Assembly (NCBI GenBank): GCA_013626165.1
Contig: NDHX01000004.1
Coordinates: forward strand, 565 to 64,564
From: Candidatus Velesiimonas alkalicola
Lineage (GTDB): Bacteria > Omnitrophota > Gorgyraeia > Velesiimonadales > Velesiimonadaceae
Length of the DNA stretch: 64,000 nt
Direction: 5' to 3'
Made by a program: the position numbers and the translations under genes
Shown: positions 19,745 through 29,241 of the stretch, in pieces
Layout: the number at the start of each line of letters is the position of its first letter
Position numbering within the stretch: the stretch's first letter is position 1
Notes under the pieces: generated by a model
The model's input: only the letters and a program-made list of their open reading frames with translations
The model's database searches: none
Told to the model about the DNA's origin: nothing

Positions 19745-21448
19745 ATGGAAAATTTTTTTGAAAAAATGTTGATTAATAATATAAGAAAGCCCGCTCGCTA
19801 TGTAGGAAACGAGTGGAACATAATAAGAAAAAATAATGCTTTTTTGAAGGTTGCACTGTGTTTTCCAGATATATATGAAGTGGGTATGAGCCATCTGGGT
19901 TTAAAGATTTTATATAGCATAGGAAATCTGAACTCTGATATATCCTGCGAAAGAGTGTTTGCACCCTGGCCGGATATGGAAGAGCTTATGAGAAAAGAGG
20001 GTGTAAAACTATATTCACTTGAAACATATACCCCTGTAAAGGATTTTGATATAGTCGGTTTTTCATATCAGTATGAGATGCTTGCTACAAATATCTTAAA
20101 TATGCTTGAACTTTCAGGTCTAAATATCCGTTCCGATAGAAGACTTGAAAAAGATCCTGTTATTATTGCAGGAGGCTCAGCCGTATACAATCCTTGTCCT
20201 ATTTCAAGGTTCATAGATGCTTTTGTAATCGGAGATGGCGAGATAGTATTTGAAAAAATATTAAAATTATTCTATCAATTAAAAAAACAGGGATTTTCAA
20301 AAAAAGCAGCCCTGGAAGAATTATCAAAAGTATCTGGTGTTTATGTTCCTTGTTTGCATAATACCGATACTGTTGCCATAGTTGCACAAAAGGTTGATAG
20401 CCTTGATGATGTTTTTTTCCCCACCTCTGTTGTTGTTCCGAACATATGTATTGTTCACGATAGAATTGCAATTGAGATTATGAGAGGATGCACCGGCGGA
20501 TGCAGATTCTGTCAGGCTGGTTTTGTGAATAGACCAAGAAGAGAAAGGTCTGTGGAAAAAATTATTCAGCTTGCAGAAGACTTATACCATACCACAGGTT
20601 ATGAAGAAATTTCGCTTCTTTCACTTTCGTCAGGATGCTACAGCTCTTCATACGGCCTTCTTCAAAAAATGATAGAGAAATTTAAAACCCTCGGCGTTGG
20701 AATATCTTTCCCGTCTCTTTGTATAGATAAGACTGTGCAGAAATTTCCCTCTCTTTTGAAGGAGATTTATAAAACAGGGCTTACATTTGCACCAGAGGTA
20801 GGAACAGACAGAATGAGGAGGGTTATAAACAAAGATATAAATGAACAGGTTTTGTTAGACTGCGTGGCATCTGCATATAAACAGGGCTGGGGGAAAATTA
20901 AACTGTATTTTATGATTGGACTTCCAACAGAAACAGATGAAGATGTGGAAAAAATTGCAGAGATTTCTCTAAAAGTTTCAAGAGAAGGAAAAAAAATTGC
21001 AAGGCAATCTACGAATGTTACAATAAGCGTTTCAACATTTGTTCCAAAATCTCATACACCGTTTCAGTGGGAAAAGATGTGTTCAGAAGAACAGATATAC
21101 CATAAAATAGACATCATACAGAAAAAATTAGTCGGAAGCAGAATAAAGACTGATTTCCATAATCCAAAGACAAGCATTCTTGAGGCTCTCATAGCCAGAG
21201 GCAATGAAAAGATTGCGGATGTAATTGAATGGGCATGGAAAAATGGCGCCAGATTTGATGCATGGAATGAACATTTTAAGCAGGACATCTGGGATATAGC
21301 ACTTAAAAAAAATGGGATTGATGTAGAAAGATGTTTATGTGAAAAAAACCTGGATGAAAAACTTCCGTGGGATTTTATTGACATTGGAATAAAAAAAGAA
21401 CATCTTATGGACATAAACCGTAGTATCGTCAGAACAGGTAATTATTGA
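19745..21448 (+). CDS. TIGR03960-type B12-binding radical SAM protein
   Basis: KPARYVGNE, FPDIYEVGMSHLG, RGCTGGCRFCQAG, KLYFMIGLPTE. Confidence 0.88.
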   Translation: MENFFEKMLINNIRKPARYVGNEWNIIRKNNAFLKVALCFPDIYEVGMSHLGLKILYSIGNLNSDISCERVFAPWPDMEELMRKEGVKLYSLETYTPVKDFDIVGFSYQYEMLATNILNMLELSGLNIRSDRRLEKDPVIIAGGSAVYNPCPISRFIDAFVIGDGEIVFEKILKLFYQLKKQGFSKKAALEELSKVSGVYVPCLHNTDTVAIVAQKVDSLDDVFFPTSVVVPNICIVHDRIAIEIMRGCTGGCRFCQAGFVNRPRRERSVEKIIQLAEDLYHTTGYEEISLLSLSSGCYSSSYGLLQKMIEKFKTLGVGISFPSLCIDKTVQKFPSLLKEIYKTGLTFAPEVGTDRMRRVINKDINEQVLLDCVASAYKQGWGKIKLYFMIGLPTETDEDVEKIAEISLKVSREGKKIARQSTNVTISVSTFVPKSHTPFQWEKMCSEEQIYHKIDIIQKKLVGSRIKTDFHNPKTSILEALIARGNEKIADVIEWAWKNGARFDAWNEHFKQDIWDIALKKNGIDVERCLCEKNLDEKLPWDFIDIGIKKEHLMDINRSIVRTGNY

Positions 21449-21463
21449 CCTTTGCATAAAAAT

Positions 21464-21552
21464 ATAAATAGGGTCAACTCTATTTTCTCTAAAAAACCAA
21501 TGTAGTATTATTAAAAAAGAAAATAGAGTTGACCCCATTTATCCCATTTATC
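21464..21552. repeat. REPIN-like inverted repeat (25-bp arms, 1 mismatch) with a stuttered right end
   Basis: ataaatagggtcaactctattttct ... agaaaatagagttgaccccatttat, followed by an extra cccatttatc. Confidence 0.75.
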
Positions 21553-21681
21553 GCTGAAGATATTTTTCCATTATTTATGCAAAGGTAATTAAAAGCCATC
21601 GTTTGTGTACCGTATTTCGTATATCGTAAAAAAATAGAATACGGAACACAGGCGAAGGCGTGCAGGTGACGGAACATCAGT

Positions 21682-21966
21682 ATGATAGATAAAAAAACAG
21701 TTTTAAGCGTGGCAGGTCTTGCAAGGCTTTCTTTAAAAGAAGAAGAGATTAATTTATATCAAAGACAATTAGCAGATGTATTATCATATATAGATAAACT
21801 GAATCAATTGGATGTAAGAGATGTTGAACCGACTTTCCATGCAATATCTGTTGAAAATGTTTTAAGGGAAGACAAATTGCAAGAAAGTCTTTCTGTTGAA
21901 AATGTACTATCAAATGCACCATCAAAAGAAAGAGGGTGTTTTAAGGTTCCTAAAATTATATCTTAA
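21682..21966 (+). CDS. gatC: Asp/Glu-tRNA amidotransferase subunit C
   Basis: VAGLARL...LNQLDV.DVEPT...LRED...NAP...FKVPKI. Confidence 0.93.
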   Translation: MIDKKTVLSVAGLARLSLKEEEINLYQRQLADVLSYIDKLNQLDVRDVEPTFHAISVENVLREDKLQESLSVENVLSNAPSKERGCFKVPKIIS

Positions 21967-21977
21967 GGGCAAAGTAA

Positions 21978-23408
21978 ATGAAACCTGAATTTAGAACAAT
22001 AAAACAGATAAAAAATGACAAAGAAAAATCTTGCGTTTTAATTAAAAAAATGTCAGAAATTATAAAACAGAATGACATAAATATAGGGGCATATGTTCAT
22101 TTAAGTTTAGAATCTGCGCTTCTGTGTGCAAGGGTCGCTCCGAAAGATAAAACTCTATCCGGTATACCTGTTGCGATAAAAGATAATATATGTGAACAGG
22201 GCATTCCCACCTGTTGTGCATCAAAAATACTTGAAGGTTTTAAGCCTCCCTATAATGCGACTGTTATAAAGAAGTTAAAAGAAGCGGGTGCAATTCCGTT
22301 TGGGAAAACCAATATGGATGAGTTTGCGTTCGGCTCATCTACAGAAACCTCTTTTTATAAAATTACAAAAAATCCCTGGGATAAAACAAGGGTTCCCGGT
22401 GGTTCATCCGGTGGGTCTGCTGCTGCTGTTGCATCGGGAGAGGCAGTCTGTGCACTCGGTTCAGATACAGGAGGTTCTATCAGGCAGCCTGCATCATTTT
22501 GCGGTGTAGTTGGATTGAAGCCCACATATGGAAGGGTATCAAGATACGGACTTATTGCATTTGCATCTGGGCTTGACCAGATTGGGCCCATAACAAGAAC
22601 TGTTGAGGACTCTGCAATGCTCCTTCAGACAATTGCAGGGTACGATCCAAAAGATTCTACAAGTGTAGACATTCCGGTTCCGGATTATTCAAAGAGCTTA
22701 ATACAAAGCGTAAAAGGCTTAAAAATAGGTGTGCCCGAAGAATGTTTTGCTCAAGGACTTGATAAAGAAATTGAAGATTCTGTTAAAGAAGCAATAAACC
22801 TTTTACAAAAACTTGGTGGTAAAATTATCAAGATACAACTTCCGCATATGGAATATTCAGTTGCAACATATTGTATCATTGCAACTGCTGAAGCAAGTTC
22901 AAACCTTGCCCGATTTGATGCGGTAAGATATGGCTACAGGGCAGAAGAACCCGAGGGCTTAGGCGCCATTGAGATGGTTTCAAAAAGTAGAAGCATCGGT
23001 TTCGGCAGTGAGACAAAAAGAAGAATACTTCTGGGAACATATGTTCTTTCAAGCGGATATTATGAAGCATATTATATTAAGGCTCAGAAGGTAAGAACAC
23101 TTATAAAGGAGGATTTTGAAGATGCATTTAAGGTATGCGATTGTATAATTATGCCTACCTCTCCCACACCTGCATTTAAAATAGGAGAGAAAATAAAGGA
23201 CCCTCTTTCAATGTATCTTTCTGATATATTTACTATCTCAATAAATTTGGCGGGCCTTCCTGCGATCTCTGTTCCTTGTGGATTTACTTCTTCAGGACTT
23301 CCCATTGGTATGCAGATCATAGGCAGGGCATTTGATGAGGAGATGTTGTTTAAGATAGGCTTTGCATACCAGTCTAATACCAGGTGGCATACCATGAAAC
23401 CGGAATAA
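21978..23408 (+). CDS. gatA: Asp/Glu-tRNA amidotransferase subunit A
   Basis: [49 protein letters not shown]. Confidence 0.97.
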   Translation: MKPEFRTIKQIKNDKEKSCVLIKKMSEIIKQNDINIGAYVHLSLESALLCARVAPKDKTLSGIPVAIKDNICEQGIPTCCASKILEGFKPPYNATVIKKLKEAGAIPFGKTNMDEFAFGSSTETSFYKITKNPWDKTRVPGGSSGGSAAAVASGEAVCALGSDTGGSIRQPASFCGVVGLKPTYGRVSRYGLIAFASGLDQIGPITRTVEDSAMLLQTIAGYDPKDSTSVDIPVPDYSKSLIQSVKGLKIGVPEECFAQGLDKEIEDSVKEAINLLQKLGGKIIKIQLPHMEYSVATYCIIATAEASSNLARFDAVRYGYRAEEPEGLGAIEMVSKSRSIGFGSETKRRILLGTYVLSSGYYEAYYIKAQKVRTLIKEDFEDAFKVCDCIIMPTSPTPAFKIGEKIKDPLSMYLSDIFTISINLAGLPAISVPCGFTSSGLPIGMQIIGRAFDEEMLFKIGFAYQSNTRWHTMKPE

Positions 23409-23610
23409 AAAACAATTAACTGGTAATAGATACAAAATAAAGGGATGATGTGTTAGTTAAAAAATAAGAGTGGACTGTTTTTGCAGGTATAAAATCATTA
23501 CCCTGTTCTGAAAATTCAATTGTAGGGCAAATATGACGCTCTTTTTTCCGTTATTCCCACCCCCCACCCTTTAAGAAATTTTTTCGGCAAGGGTCTTTCA
23601 AAAATTTTTC

Positions 23611-23639
23611 TTGACTTTTCTTTCTTATTTCTGTATAAT
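23611..23639 (+). promoter_or_regulatory. Sigma70 promoter of the HTH-mod-MNT-HEPN-res operon
   Basis: TTGACT-N17-TATAAT. Confidence 0.8.
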
Positions 23640-23691
23640 AATTAAGACAAAAGAGGATAGAAATGGATTTTAACATACAATTTTTATAAAT

Positions 23692-23895
23692 ATGAAAAAG
23701 AACAAAGCACCTGAAATATTGACTACTAAACAACTGGCTGAATATCTACAAATGGATAAAGCAACTGTCTATCGCCTCGCAAGAAAAAGAAAAATCCCTG
23801 CCATCAAAATCTTGGGTCAGTGGCGGTTTAAAAAAGATGTAATTGATAATTGGCTTGCTGAAGGAAGTTTAAAAAATTTTGATAAAATGGAGTGA
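23692..23895 (+). CDS. Excisionase-like HTH_17 DNA-binding protein (putative R-M controller)
   Basis: ILTTKQLAEYLQM...TVYRLAR..KIPAIKILGQWRFKK. Confidence 0.85.
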   Translation: MKKNKAPEILTTKQLAEYLQMDKATVYRLARKRKIPAIKILGQWRFKKDVIDNWLAEGSLKNFDKME

Positions 23896-23899
23896 AAAG

Positions 23900-25822
23900 A
23901 TGAGTGAAAAAATTAATAAGTCGGTGAAGATAGATATTAAGGAAGGATTAAATAAAATTTATCCTGAAGTATTTGAGGATGGTAAAGTTAATTTTGAGAA
24001 GTTGAAGACATTGTTAAGTGGCGAAATCATTGAAAAGGAAGATGATAGGTTTTATTTTAACTGGGCTGGGAAAAGCAATTTATTTAAACTTATCCAAGCA
24101 CCTGCTTATGGAACTTTAAAACCAGATAAAGAGAAGTCAGTTGATTTTGATAGGACAGAAAATGTTGTAATTGTTGGTGAAAATTTAGAGACACTTAAAC
24201 TTTTGCTTAAACCATATTTTGGTAAAGTCAAGATGATTTATATTGACCCGCCTTATAACACAGGTAAAGATTTTATTTATCGTGATAATTTTAAGGAACC
24301 ATTAAAAGACTACTTAGAAAAAACAGGACAGATTGACAGTGAAGGGCAAAAACTCACTACGAATACAGAAGCAAGTGGTAGATACCATTCTGACTGGCTC
24401 AATTTTATCTATCCGAGATTATTTTTAGCAAGAAGTTTATTAAGAGATGATGGAGTTATTTTTATCTCAATTGATGACCACGAGGTTCACAACTTACGAA
24501 AAATTATTGATGAGATTTTTGGGGAGGAGAATGTAGAAATGATGATTTGGTATAAAATTCCTGAAACAGGAACAGCAGGGCAAGGGAAAATGAAAATGAC
24601 AACACGATTTAGAGTGGACAATGAATATATTTTAGTGGGATATAAAAATATAAATAAGATTCTATTTGGTAAGCCTTTAAGAATTAAGGAATTCAAAAAT
24701 GAATATGCTAATCCTGATAATGACCTTCGGGGGAATTGGATAAGTTGTGAATTATGTAAGTCTGAAGAAAAATCAAACCCTAAAGGTAAAAATTATTACA
24801 CTGTTACAACTCCAAAAGGGATAAATATAACGAGACAGTGGCATATAACAGAAGAAGAATTTAAACAATTGGATGGAGATAATAGAATATATTGGGGTGA
24901 CGGTACAATTATACCAAGATTGAAAAGATTTTTAAATGAACCACAGCCTGTAACTCCTTCTTCCTTAATTAAAAATATTTCCCAGACACAAGGTAATAGA
25001 GAATTGAAAAATTTATTCAACGGTAAATTAACATATGACAATCCCAAACCTCTTGAACTTATATCATGGTTGATTGAAATTTCTACTTCCTCAGATTCCC
25101 TCATCCTCGACTTCTTCGCCGGTTCAGGCACAACAGGACACGCTGTCTGGAACTTAAACAAAGAAGATGGAGGCAACAGAAAATTTATTCTTGTTCAACT
25201 TGATGAAGAAGTTTTAGATGAAGAAATTAAAAAACAGTTTCCAACTGTTGCAGATATCTGTATTGAAAGATTAAGGAGAGTATCAGAAAGGTATAAGAAA
25301 GAGAACACCCCGTCCCTGCGGGACACCCCTCTGAAAGAGGGGAATTCCCCTTCTATGAAGGGGTGGCAGGCGAAGCCTGACGGGGTAGTGTTTGGGTTCA
25401 AGGTCTTCAAACTTGATAAATCAAACTTCAATCTTAAAGATGAATTTGAATTTGACCCAAGTGAAAATAAAGAAGAGTTAAAAAAGAGATATTTAGAGTG
25501 GCTTGGTATGTTTGTTGAACAACCATTAGTTCCTAACTGGCAAAAGATTGATGTTATTTATGAAGTAATGCTGAAAGAAGGATTAAATCTAAACTCTAAA
25601 ATTGAAAAGATAAAGATTAAAAACGACGAATTTTATTATGTTAAGGATGAAGAACAAAACTTAGATTTTTATATCTCTCTTAAAGACAAATTTACTCCTG
25701 AGACCATAGAAGAAATAAGAACTTCAAAATATAAAGGAAAAATGTTTGTCTTTATAGACAAAGCATTAACAGATAACAACAAAATAAATTTGAGTGCTTT
25801 TGTGAGATTAAAGGTGATATAA
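23900..25822 (+). CDS. mod: Type III R-M DNA methyltransferase subunit Mod
   Basis: FNWAGK, GENLETLKLL, IYIDPPYNTG, FISIDDHE, PKPLEL, LDFFAGSGTT; paired with res. Confidence 0.93.
   Translation: MSEKINKSVKIDIKEGLNKIYPEVFEDGKVNFEKLKTLLSGEIIEKEDDRFYFNWAGKSNLFKLIQAPAYGTLKPDKEKSVDFDRTENVVIVGENLETLKLLLKPYFGKVKMIYIDPPYNTGKDFIYRDNFKEPLKDYLEKTGQIDSEGQKLTTNTEASGRYHSDWLNFIYPRLFLARSLLRDDGVIFISIDDHEVHNLRKIIDEIFGEENVEMMIWYKIPETGTAGQGKMKMTTRFRVDNEYILVGYKNINKILFGKPLRIKEFKNEYANPDNDLRGNWISCELCKSEEKSNPKGKNYYTVTTPKGINITRQWHITEEEFKQLDGDNRIYWGDGTIIPRLKRFLNEPQPVTPSSLIKNISQTQGNRELKNLFNGKLTYDNPKPLELISWLIEISTSSDSLILDFFAGSGTTGHAVWNLNKEDGGNRKFILVQLDEEVLDEEIKKQFPTVADICIERLRRVSERYKKENTPSLRDTPLKEGNSPSMKGWQAKPDGVVFGFKVFKLDKSNFNLKDEFEFDPSENKEELKKRYLEWLGMFVEQPLVPNWQKIDVIYEVMLKEGLNLNSKIEKIKIKNDEFYYVKDEEQNLDFYISLKDKFTPETIEEIRTSKYKGKMFVFIDKALTDNNKINLSAFVRLKVI
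25304..25389. repeat. Double palindromic element inserted in frame in mod
   Basis: aacaccccgtccctgcgggacacccctctgaaagaggggaat-tccccttctatgaaggggtggcaggcgaagcctgacggggtagt; GC-rich inside an AT-rich gene. Confidence 0.8.
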
Positions 25823-25842
25823 ACAATGGAGATGATGTAGAT

Positions 25843-26133
25843 ATGAAGAATTTAGAAGAATTAAAAAGAATTATTAACCTGCATAAAAGAGAACTTGAAG
25901 AAAAATATAATGTAAAAAATATAGCCATATTTGGTTCTTATGTGAGAAACGAACAAGGTGCAGAAAGTGATATAGATATACTGGTTGAATTTAAGAAACC
26001 AGTAGGTTTACTTTTCATCCATCTTGCAGATTATCTGGAAGAAATCTTAGGCATTAAAGTTGACCTGTTAACACCCGAGGCTATAAAACCAAATCGCCGA
26101 AGATATGTAATGGAGGAATTGATCTATGTCTAA
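25843..26133 (+). CDS. Minimal nucleotidyltransferase (MNT/MntA antitoxin)
   Basis: IFGSYVRNEQ..ESDIDILVEF (GSx10DxD), KVDL. Confidence 0.9.
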   Translation: MKNLEELKRIINLHKRELEEKYNVKNIAIFGSYVRNEQGAESDIDILVEFKKPVGLLFIHLADYLEEILGIKVDLLTPEAIKPNRRRYVMEELIYV

Positions 26134-26473
26134 AAGGGACTGGAAACTTTTTCTTGAAGATGTTTTGGAATCAATGGGTTTAATAGAGGGATATGTGAAA
26201 GATATGAATTTTGATAATTTCAAAAGCGACAGAAAAACAATTGACGCGGTTATCAGAAACCTTGAGATAATAGGAGAAGCCTCAAAAAATATTCCGCAAA
26301 ATATGAGAGATGCTTACAAGGATATTGATTGGAAAGGCATTATTGGCTTAAGAAATAGAATATCTCATGAGTATTTTGGTATAGATTTTTCTGTTATATG
26401 GAACATTATTAAACTTGAACTTCCTGCATTTAAAGAAAAATTTCAAAGGATACAGAAAGAAATTGAGCCATAA
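26126..26473 (+). CDS. HEPN (DUF86/HepT) RNase toxin
   Basis: DAVIRNLEIIGEA, RNRISHEY (RX4HXY); overlaps the MNT gene. Confidence 0.9.
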   Translation: MSKRDWKLFLEDVLESMGLIEGYVKDMNFDNFKSDRKTIDAVIRNLEIIGEASKNIPQNMRDAYKDIDWKGIIGLRNRISHEYFGIDFSVIWNIIKLELPAFKEKFQRIQKEIEP

Positions 26474-26474
26474 A

Positions 26475-29063
26475 ATGTTAAAGTTAAAATTTGATTCAAA
26501 ATTAGATTTCCAGATTGATGCAATAAATTCTGTTGTTGATTTATTTAAAGGTCAGAGGGAGAAGTCATTTGTTTATACATTCCAGATTATTCCTAATTTA
26601 ATAGATATACCTTCAGAAAAAATCCTTGAAAATCTACAAGAGACTCAAAAGAAAAATGGACTTCCATTATCTAACGCAGACGATTTGAAAGAACCTTATA
26701 ATTTTACTGTTGAAATGGAGACGGGAACTGGAAAGACCTATGTATATCTAAGGACAATCTTAGAATTAAATCAGAAATACGGATGGACAAAGTTCATTAT
26801 TGTAGTTCCATCGGTTGCTATAAAAGAAGGAGTTTTAAAAACTTTGGATATTACGAAAGAACATTTTAAACAGTTGTGTGAGAATTTACCTTATACCTAT
26901 TTTTCTTATAAATCGGACAATCTCGTAATGGTTCGGATGTTTGGTCAAGATACCAACCTTCAGGTTATGGTTATTACAAGAGATGCCTTTAATAAGGATA
27001 TAAATATAATCCATAATATTCACGATAAAATGGGAGATAAACCAATTGAGATTATCAAAGAGACAAAACCCATCGTTATTCTTGACGAGCCTCAAAAGAT
27101 GGGCGGAGAAGCAACTTTGTGGGGTTTATCTGAGTTGAATCCACTTTTTGTATTACGCTACTCTGCAACCCACAGAGATATTTATAATCTTGTTTATAAA
27201 TTAACTCCTTATGATGCGTATAATTTCGGATTAGTTAAAAAAATAGAAGTCCTGTCTATTACAGAAGAAGGAGACCCAAGCAGTAAAAAAATTATTTTAG
27301 AAAGAATAGAATCAACATCAAGTGGCTTAAGAGCAAAAGTCAAAGTTTTTGCTAATACAAAAGACGGTATAAAGTTTAAGATGATAACGATTAAACACGG
27401 TGATGATCTATCAAATAAGACAGATAATTCCTATTATAATGGCTTTATCACAAGTGAAATAAACAAAGGTGCAGGGTATATCTCTTTTCCTAATGGTGTG
27501 AAAATTTACGAAGGAAAATCTTCAATAGATGAAGATGAGATAATTCGTTTTATGGTAAGGGAAACGGTAAGGGAGCATTTAGACAAAAAGAAACAATTAA
27601 ATCCCAAAGGGATTAAAGTGTTAAGTCTGTTTTTTCTAAATAGAGTTGATGATTATCTATTGGAAGATGGGATTGTCCGACGAATTTTTGAAGAAGAGTT
27701 TAACAAATTTATTGAGAATCAATATTCCCCTCTTGTAGAGGGGTGTCCCGAAGGGACGGGGTGTTTTGATGTAAAGAAGGTTCATAGTGGTTATTTTTCA
27801 AAGATGAAAAGGGATAAAAGTATTGAAGAAGATGAGTCAGCATACGATTTGATTATGAAGGATAAAGAGAGATTGCTTTCGTTGGGGGAACCGGTAGAGT
27901 TTATTTTTTCCCATTCTGCTTTGAGAGAGGGCTGGGATAATCCGAATGTATTTAATATTTGCACTCTTGCTTACTCTTCTTCAGAAATTAAAAAGAGACA
28001 GGAAATCGGGAGAGGTTTAAGATTACCAGTTGACCAGAATGGGGATAGAATTCAGGATAGAGATATAAACTTATTGACTGTGATTACAAATGAAAGTTAT
28101 AGGGAATATTTAGAAAGATTACAGATAGAATACCGAGAAGAAGCAGGCGTTGAAGCACCACCTGTTGAAGAAAGAAGGCAAAGGATAAAAATAAAGCGTA
28201 AGGATGAGGTAATTCAAGGAGATTTATTTAAAAATTTATGGAATAGAGTATCTCCGAAAGCAAAGTATATTGTAAATATAGATGGTGGTAAATTCACAGC
28301 GCAATGTATCAAGGATTTACAAAAAATTGAAATAAAAAAGCCAGAAATAAGCATTAAAAAAGTTAGAGTAGATAAAATAAGCTATGAAGACATTGAAGAG
28401 GAATTTATTAGAAAAGCATCGGAAGAAACGGAGATAACCAAAGTCCTTAATCTTATACCCTGCATTGAAAGAGAAACCAGTTTAACTAAAAATACAATAT
28501 TTAAGATATTAGAAGGTTGTAATAATCTTCATCTTTTATTTGTGAATCCTCAAAAATATAAAGATATGGTCATAGAAGTTATTAAAGAGTGTAAAAAACA
28601 ATCTGAAGTTGAGGATATTAAATATATCAATTTGGAAGAAAGTTATGATGTTGGTCTTTTAAGGGAGGAAGTGGCGAGTTATGGTAAATATGTATTAAAA
28701 GTACAAAAATCAATTTATGATGGGATAATTAAAGAATCAAATATAGAAGAAGAGTTTGCTAAGGCACTTAATAAAGACTCCCGGATAAAATTATTCATAA
28801 AACTGCCTGATTGGTATTCAATAGAAACGCCTGCAGGGAATTACACACCTGACTGGGCGATTGTAATAGAAAAAGTTCAGAATGGTGTAACTTCCGAAAA
28901 AATTTACTTTGTAGTTGAAACCAAAGGAACTAATAATATTTATGAATTGAAATCCGATGAAAAAATTAAGATAAGAAGTGCTAAAAAGAGGTTTGAACTT
29001 ATAAGAGACTCAAAATTTGTGGCACCTGTTAAGGATTTTGATAGTTTTGAGAAGGAGTGGTAA
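26475..29063 (+). CDS. res: Type III R-M restriction subunit Res
   Basis: EMETGTGKT, ILDEPQ, RYSATH, LREGWDNPN, QEIGRGLRL, YTPDW...VETKG nuclease motif. Confidence 0.93.
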   Translation: MLKLKFDSKLDFQIDAINSVVDLFKGQREKSFVYTFQIIPNLIDIPSEKILENLQETQKKNGLPLSNADDLKEPYNFTVEMETGTGKTYVYLRTILELNQKYGWTKFIIVVPSVAIKEGVLKTLDITKEHFKQLCENLPYTYFSYKSDNLVMVRMFGQDTNLQVMVITRDAFNKDINIIHNIHDKMGDKPIEIIKETKPIVILDEPQKMGGEATLWGLSELNPLFVLRYSATHRDIYNLVYKLTPYDAYNFGLVKKIEVLSITEEGDPSSKKIILERIESTSSGLRAKVKVFANTKDGIKFKMITIKHGDDLSNKTDNSYYNGFITSEINKGAGYISFPNGVKIYEGKSSIDEDEIIRFMVRETVREHLDKKKQLNPKGIKVLSLFFLNRVDDYLLEDGIVRRIFEEEFNKFIENQYSPLVEGCPEGTGCFDVKKVHSGYFSKMKRDKSIEEDESAYDLIMKDKERLLSLGEPVEFIFSHSALREGWDNPNVFNICTLAYSSSEIKKRQEIGRGLRLPVDQNGDRIQDRDINLLTVITNESYREYLERLQIEYREEAGVEAPPVEERRQRIKIKRKDEVIQGDLFKNLWNRVSPKAKYIVNIDGGKFTAQCIKDLQKIEIKKPEISIKKVRVDKISYEDIEEEFIRKASEETEITKVLNLIPCIERETSLTKNTIFKILEGCNNLHLLFVNPQKYKDMVIEVIKECKKQSEVEDIKYINLEESYDVGLLREEVASYGKYVLKVQKSIYDGIIKESNIEEEFAKALNKDSRIKLFIKLPDWYSIETPAGNYTPDWAIVIEKVQNGVTSEKIYFVVETKGTNNIYELKSDEKIKIRSAKKRFELIRDSKFVAPVKDFDSFEKEW
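27724..27765. repeat. 42-bp palindromic element inserted in frame in res
   Basis: Reverse complement matches 25304-25345 with 3 mismatches, all in loops. Confidence 0.82.
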
Positions 29064-29093
29064 GAGAAACTTTAAATTACCTGATTGTTATAA

Positions 29094-29228
29094 AAACAGC
29101 CACTGACCCAAGATTTTGATGGCAGGGATTTTTCTTTTTCTTGCGAGGCGATAGACAGTTGCCTCATCCATTTGTAGATATTCAGCCATTTGTTTAGTAG
29201 TCAATATTTCAGATGCTTTGTTCTTTTT
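29094..29228 (-). pseudogene. Inverted second copy of the HTH_17 gene (no ATG, early stop)
   Basis: 135 bp; reverse complement matches 23695-23829 with 5 mismatches by manual alignment. Confidence 0.9.
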
Positions 29229-29241
29229 TTTATTTGTTGTT

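Noticed and set aside
21553-21681. T-box or other leader RNA before gatC
   Set aside because: No GGTGGNACCGCG T-box motif and no terminator/antiterminator visible.
23692-23895. Prophage or ICE excisionase
   Set aside because: No integrase, att site, tRNA or phage genes in the window; it leads an R-M operon.
23900-25822. SSR-mediated phase variation of mod
   Set aside because: No simple-sequence tract was seen in the gene or its promoter.
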